IMG/VR virus record: IMGVR_UViG_3300012663_000751
Coordinates: 1-26,834 of that record
Direction: 5' to 3' (one strand)
Source: a virus
Lineage: Duplodnaviria > Caudoviricetes
DNA length: 26,834 bases
Shown: in pieces, positions 17,076 to 24,384 of the stretch
How positions within the stretch are numbered: position 1 is the first letter of the stretch
Layout: each line of letters begins with the position of its first letter
Made by a program: the position numbers and the translations under genes
Notes under the pieces: generated by a model
Told to the model about the DNA's origin: nothing
The model's input: the letters and a program-made list of their open reading frames with translations, nothing else
The model's database searches: none

Positions 17076-17552
17076 CTATCCGTTGATAGAAAACTCTTCA
17101 TTAGGTTTCATTGCAGAAACTTTCTCTTCTTCTTTGTAAGCATTACGTAATTCAGATACATTATCATGTTGTACCCAAGTATCTGGTGCTTTGTCATTAA
17201 ATGTGAATCTAGTTCTACGGTAAATAGGTGCACCATCTACACGGCATACAATACCTGTTTTACCTGCAACTTTAAGATCACGTTCAGGATTCTTTTTGTT
17301 AAATGGAGTCAATGACTCTTCAATAACAACTTTACCTGGAATTTCTTGACCTTCATAAAATGCTGCCTCCTTTAAGTCATCAATAGGAGCAGTTACTAAT
17401 GCAGTAACAGGTCTTGCACTTAAGAAGCCAGTCTTTTCATCAGTTAGAAATCTTGTTTGTTTAACCCTGATGTATCCAAACTCAGGATTCTTTGATAGGT
17501 TAATAACGCTTTTTGTGGCATCATCTGCCAATACAATAACTTTTGTATTCAT
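17076..17552 (-). CDS. Conserved phage protein, recalled from crAss-like genomes (function unknown)
   Basis: GYIRVKQ...GKVVIEESLTPF...KVAGKTGIVCRVDGAPIYR...HDN; family link from memory, unverified. Confidence 0.7.
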   Translation of the reverse strand: MNTKVIVLADDATKSVINLSKNPEFGYIRVKQTRFLTDEKTGFLSARPVTALVTAPIDDLKEAAFYEGQEIPGKVVIEESLTPFNKKNPERDLKVAGKTGIVCRVDGAPIYRRTRFTFNDKAPDTWVQHDNVSELRNAYKEEEKVSAMKPNEEFSING

Positions 17553-17581
17553 AACAATAAATTAAATAGTGAATGAAAATG

Positions 17582-17622
17582 TGAGTAGATTACTATACTA
17601 TTAGTTACTCTAGCTAATAGTA
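17582..17622 (-). other. H-type pseudoknot candidate in 5' leader
   Basis: TACTATTAG-CTAGAGTAA-CTAATAGTA-TAGTAATC-TACTCA: 9-bp P1; loop GAGTA pairs with TACTC. Confidence 0.5.
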
Positions 17623-17644
17623 AGTGTTTATTGCTAATGCAATA

Positions 17645-17914
17645 TTATATATCAGAAGGACTAGATAAATCTATTATGTCATCAAATGGTTCATCATCTG
17701 ATGCTCTTTCCTCTAAACCATCATCATCAGGAAAATAGTCAAAGTCATAATACTGCTCTTTAGTATTTTCTAGAACTGCTGAATCAGCAAAAGGATTTAG
17801 AATGTGCTCGCCAAAGTCAATAGACATAAGATACTGAATGTCTTCAGGGTTGAGCTCAAGATATTGCTCAATGGTTATATGAATAACCTTACCGTTTGGC
17901 AGCTGATATAACAT
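17645..17914 (-). CDS. Acidic hypothetical protein
   Basis: MLYQLPNGKVIHITIEQYL...; ATG 17914 or GTG 17923 start. Confidence 0.75.
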   Translation of the reverse strand: MLYQLPNGKVIHITIEQYLELNPEDIQYLMSIDFGEHILNPFADSAVLENTKEQYYDFDYFPDDDGLEERASDDEPFDDIIDLSSPSDI

Positions 17915-18002
17915 TCTATACACATAAAGTTTAGTAAATGTATGATATTAAATCTTACATAGCTTAAACTAGTGTTTAAAATCTGACATTATATAGCTAA
18001 TC

Positions 18003-18034
18003 AAGGAAAAAGGGAGGGATTAATAGTCCCTCCC
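18003..18034 (-). terminator. Rho-independent terminator
   Basis: GGGAGGGACT-ATT-AATCCCTCCC followed by TTTTTCC. Confidence 0.75.
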
Positions 18035-18077
18035 ATGCTCCTTTGTTAGGAAAAGCATACCAACAGATATACTATCT

Positions 18078-18506
18078 TTAAAGCTCTTCTACAACGCTTA
18101 GTACTTGATTGTAAGCTACAAACCCTGTATCTTCAAATGTTTTATCATTATCATCTACATTCATAAAGTTTACAAGATATGTAGTGTAATCACCAAAACC
18201 CTTAAACTCCTTGATTAGAGCAGTAGCATGTCCACTAATATTAAGCAGACCAAGTTTTTTCATACCCTCTACATTGGCTTTATAACTCAAATCACGTGGA
18301 TTTACTGTAATCATAGTACCATTAGGTAATACTTCTGGTGCAGCACCCATAAAATATGTTTTAAAGAATATAGATGATAGTCTTTCATTGGGTGCAATAA
18401 TACTTGTTAGTGCTTTTGCTATCTCTACTCTATTAGGATGATCAATGATCTTCTTAATAGCATTAAACATATCTGTTTCTTCTAGTTCTAGTTTAATTTT
18501 AGTCAT
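18078..18506 (-). CDS. Hypothetical protein
   Basis: 142-aa ORF in operon. Confidence 0.75.
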   Translation of the reverse strand: MTKIKLELEETDMFNAIKKIIDHPNRVEIAKALTSIIAPNERLSSIFFKTYFMGAAPEVLPNGTMITVNPRDLSYKANVEGMKKLGLLNISGHATALIKEFKGFGDYTTYLVNFMNVDDNDKTFEDTGFVAYNQVLSVVEEL

Positions 18507-18717
18507 TTCTCCTCCTATAATCTCTAATTTTACTTAACAAAGGTTCATTAAAGTTAGTGAACCACTTTTCCCCGCCAATCTTGGTACCTACAATAGGAGT
18601 ATCGGAGGATAGGTAATCTATCCTCCTTGCTCCTGTTCTAATAGGTTGACCATTATTGTCCACCAGATTGAGCTCAAAATTGAACCCAATAACTGATGTA
18701 AAGATCTTACTCTCCAT
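18499..18717 (-). CDS. Hypothetical protein
   Basis: 72 aa from ATG 18717. Confidence 0.65.
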   Translation of the reverse strand: MESKIFTSVIGFNFELNLVDNNGQPIRTGARRIDYLSSDTPIVGTKIGGEKWFTNFNEPLLSKIRDYRRRND

Positions 18718-19027
18718 GATTGATTCCACTTAATATAGCAGACAATGGATTATTAGCCATTTCCTTAAGCTTAGCCATCATAGAAATAGTAAATACAACT
18801 TCATTGATATGCTTACATCCAGCAACAGCCTCTTTACAAGCAGAACTATATAAGTCCTCAGCCTTGTAGCTATTAAAAGCTAATTTCATTAGCTCTTCTC
18901 TTCTTTCATCTGTAATTCCAAGCATCTCTTGGAAATCAGTTCTATCCTCACCAATAATAAGTACTTCAAACTTACTATCCTTTGGATAAGTTTTTTTCTT
19001 GTTGAATAGTTTTCCTAACACATTCAT
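18707..19027 (-). CDS. Hypothetical protein
   Basis: 106 aa, LGITDERREEL. Confidence 0.75.
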   Translation of the reverse strand: MNVLGKLFNKKKTYPKDSKFEVLIIGEDRTDFQEMLGITDERREELMKLAFNSYKAEDLYSSACKEAVAGCKHINEVVFTISMMAKLKEMANNPLSAILSGINHGE

Positions 19028-19058
19028 AATCAGAATTTTAAGTGAATAAATAAGACAT

Positions 19059-19086
19059 AAAAAAGCCCCTAATTACTTAGAGGCTT
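19059..19086 (-). terminator. Terminator directly after tRNA
   Basis: AAGCCTCTAA-GTAA-TTAGGGGCTT followed by a T run. Confidence 0.75.
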
Positions 19087-19162
19087 GGTGATCCTGACAA
19101 GATTCGAACTTGTGGCCTACTGCTTAGAAGGCAGTTGCTCTATCCAGCTGAGCTACAGGACC
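19086..19162 (-). tRNA. tRNA-Arg(UCU) with encoded CCA
   Basis: GGTCCTG/CAGGATC acceptor stem, TAGCTCAGCTGGATAGAGC D arm, ACTGC-CTTCTAA-GCAGT anticodon arm, GTTCGAATC T loop. Confidence 0.96.
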
Positions 19163-19169
19163 ATTGTTA

Positions 19170-19430
19170 CTATGACATCATATAGATAGTCATACCAGTA
19201 ACAAAGATAATAAATCCTACTAGCATAAGCTTAAGTGGAAACATTCCTAGTTCATGTTCAAGTTCATCAATCTCTTGTTCAAGTAGATACTGTTTGCACT
19301 GTAAATCATTAACATGATGGTACTTCATATCAGGGTCTGCATCAGAAACTTTTGCTTCTGCAATTTCCCATTCTAATTCAGCCCACAGAATCTTTAAATT
19401 CCCTAAGTGTTCTTTCTTTTTTCCTAACAT
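19170..19430 (-). CDS. Coiled-coil protein with C-terminal TM
   Basis: 86 aa, hydrophobic tail. Confidence 0.7.
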   Translation of the reverse strand: MLGKKKEHLGNLKILWAELEWEIAEAKVSDADPDMKYHHVNDLQCKQYLLEQEIDELEHELGMFPLKLMLVGFIIFVTGMTIYMMS

Positions 19431-19434
19431 AGTT

Positions 19435-19656
19435 CTACAAGTTATCTCTTTCTAATACAGCAGGAATACTATCAATAGGACAGAAGTATGTGTGTCTATC
19501 TAATCCTTCAATAATTGCTGAATTACCCTTTAGCTCAATAAAGTATTCAGTGTCCACATGTCTTGTGCGGTGTTGTGTTAATGAACTAATTAACCAACCT
19601 CCAAATAGTCCTAATGCAAAGTAGGACACTACAAATAAACTGTTTCTCTTTTCCAT
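19435..19656 (-). CDS. Single-TM hypothetical protein
   Basis: 73 aa, N-terminal TM, ends RDNL. Confidence 0.7.
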   Translation of the reverse strand: MEKRNSLFVVSYFALGLFGGWLISSLTQHRTRHVDTEYFIELKGNSAIIEGLDRHTYFCPIDSIPAVLERDNL

Positions 19657-19661
19657 AATTT

Positions 19662-19970
19662 TTAAATTGCATCAAAGTTTGGTAAATCAGAATCAGTAAC
19701 TAATTCATCTAAGAATTTAGTTTTCTGATCTATTAGTCTTTCAATCTTAGCATCAAGTTTTACTATATGAAAGTCTCTAAGAAAAGAATCAATACGGCTA
19801 TGGTGTACAATACCTTCAATTGCTTGACCATATTTGCCATTATCCCAAGTACAAAGACCTGGATATTTCTTTACTAAATCTAATGCTTGTTTATTAGATA
19901 GTTTAACATTAAGCTTAACAAGGGTTTGTCCACCAAAAGATGTGTAACCAAAAGGAATTTTGTTTCTCAT
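19662..19970 (-). CDS. Hypothetical protein
   Basis: 102-aa ORF with A/U-rich leader. Confidence 0.7.
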   Translation of the reverse strand: MRNKIPFGYTSFGGQTLVKLNVKLSNKQALDLVKKYPGLCTWDNGKYGQAIEGIVHHSRIDSFLRDFHIVKLDAKIERLIDQKTKFLDELVTDSDLPNFDAI

Positions 19971-20002
19971 GAGTATATTTTTTTAGTTGAATAAAATAGT
20001 CT

Positions 20003-20262
20003 CCTAGTGATAAAGATATATAGCCAAAGACAAATTCAAAATCTAAGTCAAAGACCTTCTCTTCTTCAAAGGCAAAAACAAAAACTAAGTCTAGAGTGTG
20101 TCAGCCAATTTGCAAGTGTATCTGCAATAACCTGTCTGACGGAGAGTTCTATCTCAGTAAAGTTTGAAGAGAAGCGGTTCATATAAGATGATTAATAAAT
20201 CTTAAGAATGTAAGGGCGCATAACCCGTTCTTGCTATATCTTTTAAAATCTTTATCACTAGG
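20003..20262 (-). ncRNA. Structured ncRNA candidate with 6-nt periodic tract
   Basis: Perfect 15-bp terminal inverted repeat (20003-20017/20248-20262) extended by 7 bp, nested helices, and G every 6 nt from 20091 to 20025; no start codon in frame. Confidence 0.75.
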
Positions 20263-20306
20263 TGTAAAGAGCAAGAGAATCAGCTTCTGCTTATCTCTTG
20301 CTCACC
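20261..20306 (-). other. Strong hairpin between CDS stop and ncRNA (processing site or terminator)
   Basis: GAGCAAGAGA...TCTCTTGCTC 10-bp stem followed by TTT. Confidence 0.6.
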
Positions 20307-20315
20307 TATAAGTTC

Positions 20316-21227
20316 CTAGTTCTCAGGAATAATGAACATGTCAATTACACTTTGAAATCTAGGATCAACACTAATTCTTAGTGCAGCAGCATCTTTAATT
20401 GCCTTCTCACGGTTGGCATTAAAAGATGAATTCTCAGCTATGAACTGAGAGCGGTATGTATTCATAGCAGCTCTGTATTCTTCATTAATACGTTGCTCCT
20501 CTAATTCATAAGCTTTTGCTTTATCAGCATTTTCTTTCTGAATACGTGCATTCTCATCACTAACCAAGTTTTTAACCTTGGCTTTGTAATAGTTTACACG
20601 TTGCTCATAAGTTCTATGCTCATTAGCAATTTGCTCATGAGTAGCAAGCAACTGCTGTGCAGTATGATGCTTCTGAATCTTAACTGGTGTTTTCTCACCA
20701 TCTTTAACATTCATCCACTCAATAGCAGGAAGATCAGCTAACTGCTTACGCATCTGAGTCAACTTACCACCTTTGTGGATGAATTGACCAAGATGAGCAG
20801 CATATGCTTCAGCAGATAAGTACTCATTATACTCACTAGGAGTAAGCTGAGACCAACCCCAATTCTCACCTACAGAATTACTGATGTGAAGATCCGGATA
20901 CTCTGGACGCTCAGGCTCTACAAGATTAGAGCTATCAAATCTAGAACTTTCTAATTCTTGAATGATATCACTCTTCTCTTTAATAGCCTCCATCAAGAAT
21001 GCTTGAGTAGCATGCAATTTAGCTTTCTCTTTGAGTAACTCAAGAACTGTAGATGGCATAGCATATGCAGACTCTAAGTCAAATGTCTCACCAGCAATCT
21101 TAATTGATTTACTAGAGACATTGTAAGAGTCTAACTCACGTTGCATTTCTTGTGCACGTTGGTTGCACAGGTTAGAAATAGACTGTGCTTGGGACATAGA
21201 AAGTCCTTTTGTAGATAAATTTTTCAT
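20316..21227 (-). CDS. Long helical/coiled-coil protein upstream of the ncRNA
   Basis: 303 aa; GLSMSQAQSISNLC, AFLMEAIKEK, EAYAAHLGQFIHKGG, HRTYEQRVNYYK and LRISVD motifs; no catalytic motif recognised. Confidence 0.85.
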   Translation of the reverse strand: MKNLSTKGLSMSQAQSISNLCNQRAQEMQRELDSYNVSSKSIKIAGETFDLESAYAMPSTVLELLKEKAKLHATQAFLMEAIKEKSDIIQELESSRFDSSNLVEPERPEYPDLHISNSVGENWGWSQLTPSEYNEYLSAEAYAAHLGQFIHKGGKLTQMRKQLADLPAIEWMNVKDGEKTPVKIQKHHTAQQLLATHEQIANEHRTYEQRVNYYKAKVKNLVSDENARIQKENADKAKAYELEEQRINEEYRAAMNTYRSQFIAENSSFNANREKAIKDAAALRISVDPRFQSVIDMFIIPEN

Positions 21228-21272
21228 AATCAGAATTGGTTAAAAATAAATAAATAGAAAATAAATAGATAA

Positions 21273-21780
21273 ATAGTGTTGGCTCCCAGATCTTCTCAGC
21301 CCCGCACTATAAACGGACAATCTTTTTGTTCTCATAAAGATAGATTTATCCTGCGCTCACCACAGTGCCATTCCAATAGTATTGCTACTACCCAGAGCCA
21401 TGCGTCCTCTGTATTGTTAATAAAAATGCATGCCTATTTCATGGTCACATGCTCCCAATAACCCCTCTGCACTCAGTTTCCTACCTACCTATTTGTCACA
21501 TAATAGGAATTATTAGTTCTTAGAAACTGCTCACCCTTGGGAAGTAGAAATGGTACATTAGTTCAGTCCTTAAGGCATATGGACTAAAACCTGCATTGAC
21601 TACTGAGCTATGCTAACGCCAGTAACTTACTGGATAGTTGCCTGGTTAAAGGAAAGGCAACAATACTACTTTTATAACTTTGCTTGACATCAACAACCCC
21701 CTCAAGTATAAATACTTGTATGTAAACTGTATAGAGTGCAAAGGCCAAAAACTCCCCCTCAGTTATTTACAGTTGATGTG
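21273..21780 (-). ncRNA. About 510-nt non-coding region tiled with hairpins (ncRNA or structured leader)
   Basis: At least 8 stems seen by eye; richer in G/C than adjacent leaders; no credible ORF. Confidence 0.45.
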
Positions 21781-22059
21781 CTAATTTCTTGGTGGTAATG
21801 CTTCTACCTGAGCCATTACATCTGTGACATTATCAGGAGTTAAATACCCCATAACATCATTAGTAATCGGAGTATCATATACCAACTGAGATTCTTTATC
21901 TTCAGGAGCCATGTATACAACAGCCAACTCATATAGTCCATCTCTACCACCATAAGTATAAGGACCACGTACTACTGACACACCATAATGGTTGTCAAAG
22001 ATGTGAAAGGCTTGTTCTCCTAACTCATCAGTTGTAAATTTTAAATTAGAAAAAGTCAT
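21781..22059 (-). CDS. Conserved phage protein (GLYELAV family)
   Basis: FDNHYGVSVV...YGGRDGLYELAV...YDTPITNDVMGYLT. Confidence 0.85.
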   Translation of the reverse strand: MTFSNLKFTTDELGEQAFHIFDNHYGVSVVRGPYTYGGRDGLYELAVVYMAPEDKESQLVYDTPITNDVMGYLTPDNVTDVMAQVEALPPRN

Positions 22060-22061
22060 AA

Positions 22062-22253
22062 TCAATCTTCTATGTCTTCATTATACTTAAACTGACCAGT
22101 TTCAAGATACTGGACTATCTCTGCTTTGTAAGCATACTCAATTCCCGCAGAAGGAACTGAGTATATAGTTCTACCATCTACATTGTCCGTAGCAATAATA
22201 TGACCGGAGTGTAACTGTAGAACAAACATCAAGTTTGCTAATAGTAAATACAT
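22062..22253 (-). CDS. Small hypothetical protein
   Basis: 63-aa ORF. Confidence 0.65.
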   Translation of the reverse strand: MYLLLANLMFVLQLHSGHIIATDNVDGRTIYSVPSAGIEYAYKAEIVQYLETGQFKYNEDIED

Positions 22254-22264
22254 AGTATATAGTA

Positions 22265-22420
22265 TTAGAATTGTAGTGCTAATAAGAGAGTTTCTCTAAT
22301 AGCTTGTAGTTCTTCAATAGAACTATTTTGAAGTACTTTTTCTTCATGTGGAGTTACTTCATCTCCTGTTAATCTCACTGAGAGATCAATAATCTGTTGA
22401 ATCATGTGTTGAGCAATCAT
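22265..22420 (-). CDS. Small hypothetical protein (51 aa)
   Basis: Manual: MIAQHMIQQIIDLSVRLTGDEVTPHEEKVLQNSSIEELQAIRETLLLALQF. Confidence 0.65.
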   Translation of the reverse strand: MIAQHMIQQIIDLSVRLTGDEVTPHEEKVLQNSSIEELQAIRETLLLALQF

Positions 22421-22458
22421 AAGTATATAATTAAGGGTAAATAATCAAAATAAATAGA

Positions 22459-22641
22459 CTACTCTGCAAGAGAGTAGTCCACTTTAATTCCTGTAACTCC
22501 TATTGCTTCCATTTCTTGGATAGCATTAGCTAACTCTTTATCTTTCTCTGAAGATATAAAGCAAAAGTCTTGGTTCTCAACATTCTTAATGCCTTGTTCC
22601 ATTAGTTCTTGCATAAGTGCGGGTGAAAAGGTAAATTCCAT
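22459..22641 (-). CDS. Small hypothetical protein (60 aa)
   Basis: ATG 22641 (MEFTFSP); leader duplicated with the 22420 gene. Confidence 0.65.
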   Translation of the reverse strand: MEFTFSPALMQELMEQGIKNVENQDFCFISSEKDKELANAIQEMEAIGVTGIKVDYSLAE

Positions 22642-22673
22642 TTTATATAGTTTAGGGTAAATAAACAAAATAA

Positions 22674-22701
22674 TGAGCAGTTTAATATCTTACTCAGGAT
22701 A
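22674..22701 (-). other. H-type pseudoknot candidate in 5' leader
   Basis: TATC-CTGAGTAA-GATA-TTAAAC-TGCTCA; loop TGAGTA pairs with TGCTCA. Confidence 0.5.
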
Positions 22702-23169
22702 GTAGTCTGGATTGCTAATCCATAGTATAGGGAATTACATACTCAAAGCAATAAGAGTAAAACCACTGACTGTGTTTCATGTAATCTGTACCTATCATTT
22801 GTTCAAGGTTACTGATTAGTATAATTCCGGAAGATGTTACTGTGCTCTTCTTACTGTATATAGTAGTAGTAATAGTAATAAGTATAGTATATATAGAGAT
22901 AATACATATAGAGCTATGTTAGTACTCATGTTAGCTATATATACTAGTAATATATGCCTAAAACACTCATTTTGTACCACTTACTATGACCGTAATAATA
23001 GGAAGTGTTTTTCTGCCACACTAATTGCCTCTCATTCTCACAAAAAATTACCACTGATAATCAGGCAGTTAGCTTAAGTTGGTCTCATTTCTGTATATAT
23101 AGAGTACAAGACAAACTAACAGTACTATTACTTACTGTGACCGACACAGTACACCGCATCCTCCACCGC

Positions 23170-23182
23170 AGTTACAAGCGGC
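23170..23182 (-). promoter_or_regulatory. GCCGCTTGTAACT, 1-mismatch copy of the early motif
   Basis: 12/13 match to the four perfect copies; points into a non-coding tract. Confidence 0.55.
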
Positions 23183-23225
23183 AACCAAGCCTGAGCCTTT
23201 AGGCTCATACACCATGGGTCTGTAC

Positions 23226-23260
23226 AAAAAGAAAAACCCTGCACTTCCGTGCAAGGTTCT
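23226..23260 (-). terminator. Rho-independent terminator
   Basis: AACCTTGCAC-GGAA-GTGCAGGGTT followed by TTTCTTTTT. Confidence 0.8.
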
Positions 23261-23271
23261 TCCCCCAAGAA

Positions 23272-23655
23272 TTACTTCTTCTGAACTTTGTCAAAATCAG
23301 CAATCTCCAACAATGACATATCAATGCCAAAGTCTTCCGCAGTAGCTTGAGTAGCTCTGTCAAGGTGAGATAATACAAGCAAAGGTAATTTACCTGCTAC
23401 TTGAATGATTTTGCCAAGGTACGTAGTACCAACAGACATCCCGTAATTGTAGTTGCTTTGGTATACCAAGCATCCACGTTTTACAAGATCACCCGCAACA
23501 TTCTCATACTGCACAGTAGCAGGATAGAAGTTGGTACCTTTGCTGTTAGGAATAGCATCTTTAGCAATTGAGATTAACTCACCTTGCATAGAAGCAACTA
23601 ACATCTTCTCACCCGTGTTTGGGTTTGTTTCTAATTTAAAATCATACTTTGCCAT
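23272..23655 (-). CDS. Putative OB-fold-like early protein
   Basis: 127 aa, beta-rich, GELISI...NSKGTNFYPATV, acidic tail. Confidence 0.7.
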   Translation of the reverse strand: MAKYDFKLETNPNTGEKMLVASMQGELISIAKDAIPNSKGTNFYPATVQYENVAGDLVKRGCLVYQSNYNYGMSVGTTYLGKIIQVAGKLPLLVLSHLDRATQATAEDFGIDMSLLEIADFDKVQKK

Positions 23656-23701
23656 AATGATGGGGTTTTAAGTAATTAATAAATAAACAATAATCCCTAA
23701 C

Positions 23702-23714
23702 AGTTAAAAGCGGC
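23702..23714 (-). promoter_or_regulatory. GCCGCTTTTAACT repeated motif (putative phage promoter)
   Basis: Identical 13-mer, 46 nt upstream of ATG 23655. Confidence 0.7.
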
Positions 23715-23773
23715 AAATAAGCCTGTTGCGCAGCAACATTCACAATGGGTCAATCAGAGTTAGTATAAGAGCA

Positions 23774-24055
23774 CTATGCTCCTATACTAAACTCCAATGT
23801 TGGAAGCTCACGTACTTTTGTTAAAGGTTTAATGTTCATAAAAACAAGATTCTTATAAATCTTACTCCTATAAAGCTTACTCCCATCAACAGTTTCCACT
23901 TTAACAATACAGCCTATGTTTAACTTGTTAAGGTCAGAACCAAAACAATTAGCTGTATATACATTACCATTAGCAACTACATTGCATGCTTGGTAAATGT
24001 TTCCGTTTTGAGCTACTTGTGCTTTACTTGCAAAGCCTACAAAAATTGCATTCAT
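23774..24055 (-). CDS. Putative OB-fold-like early protein
   Basis: 93 aa, AQNGNIYQACNV...ANCFG...LNIGCIVKV. Confidence 0.7.
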   Translation of the reverse strand: MNAIFVGFASKAQVAQNGNIYQACNVVANGNVYTANCFGSDLNKLNIGCIVKVETVDGSKLYRSKIYKNLVFMNIKPLTKVRELPTLEFSIGA

Positions 24056-24080
24056 AATAAACAGTTTAAGAATTAATTAT

Positions 24081-24093
24081 AGTTAAAAGCGGC
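24081..24093 (-). promoter_or_regulatory. GCCGCTTTTAACT repeated motif
   Basis: 25 nt upstream of ATG 24055 and abutting the terminator T-tract of the previous gene. Confidence 0.7.
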
Positions 24094-24120
24094 AAAAAAA
24101 TAAAGGGGATTACTCCCCTT
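24094..24120 (-). terminator. Terminator with stop codon in GTAA loop
   Basis: AAGGGGA-GTAA-TCCCCTT followed by TATTTTTTT. Confidence 0.75.
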
Positions 24121-24361
24121 CTTTAAATAAATGACTAAAGTCCTCTTTAATGATTTTAGCAGCAATAGTTTCCTGTAACTGTTTCATAAAATCAACTAAA
24201 GCTTTTCTCTCTATGTCATGCTTCTCTTTAGCTTCTTTTATTTCAGCACTACTATAGTTATGTGCTATCATAAATAGTTGCAAGTCACTATACTCACGTG
24301 TCAAGTTCCAAACTTTCTTTTCAAGCATAGCAACTACTTTGATTAATGTTTCTGTGTCCAT
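24110..24361 (-). CDS. Helical hypothetical protein
   Basis: 83-aa ORF with its own motif and terminator. Confidence 0.7.
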   Translation of the reverse strand: MDTETLIKVVAMLEKKVWNLTREYSDLQLFMIAHNYSSAEIKEAKEKHDIERKALVDFMKQLQETIAAKIIKEDFSHLFKEGE

Positions 24362-24384
24362 TTTAGTTAGTTTAAATTAATATT

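Noticed and set aside
19086-19162. Amber suppressor tRNA (CTA) and stop-codon recoding
   Set aside because: A 5-bp stem and 7-nt loop CTTCTAA place the anticodon at TCT; genes are full length in the standard code and end in TAA, TGA and TAG.
20003-20262. Retron msr-msd or DGR template
   Set aside because: The terminal inverted repeat resembles a1/a2, but the window has no reverse transcriptase, the adjacent protein lacks YxDD, and no matching variable repeat was seen.
20003-20262. MITE or IS remnant
   Set aside because: No target-site duplication or second copy; nested helices and hexamer phase fit an RNA better.
21276-21461. Plus-strand 61-aa ORF
   Set aside because: Non-ATG start, opposite to local transcription, and overlaps the hairpin-rich region.
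21524-21533. Third pseudoknot copy (AAACTGCTCA on plus strand)
   Set aside because: No upstream stem-loop carrying GAGYA on that strand; the sequence is explained by the minus-strand junction element.
23005-23202. Plus-strand 65-aa ORF
   Set aside because: GTG start, atypical composition, runs against the local gene direction.
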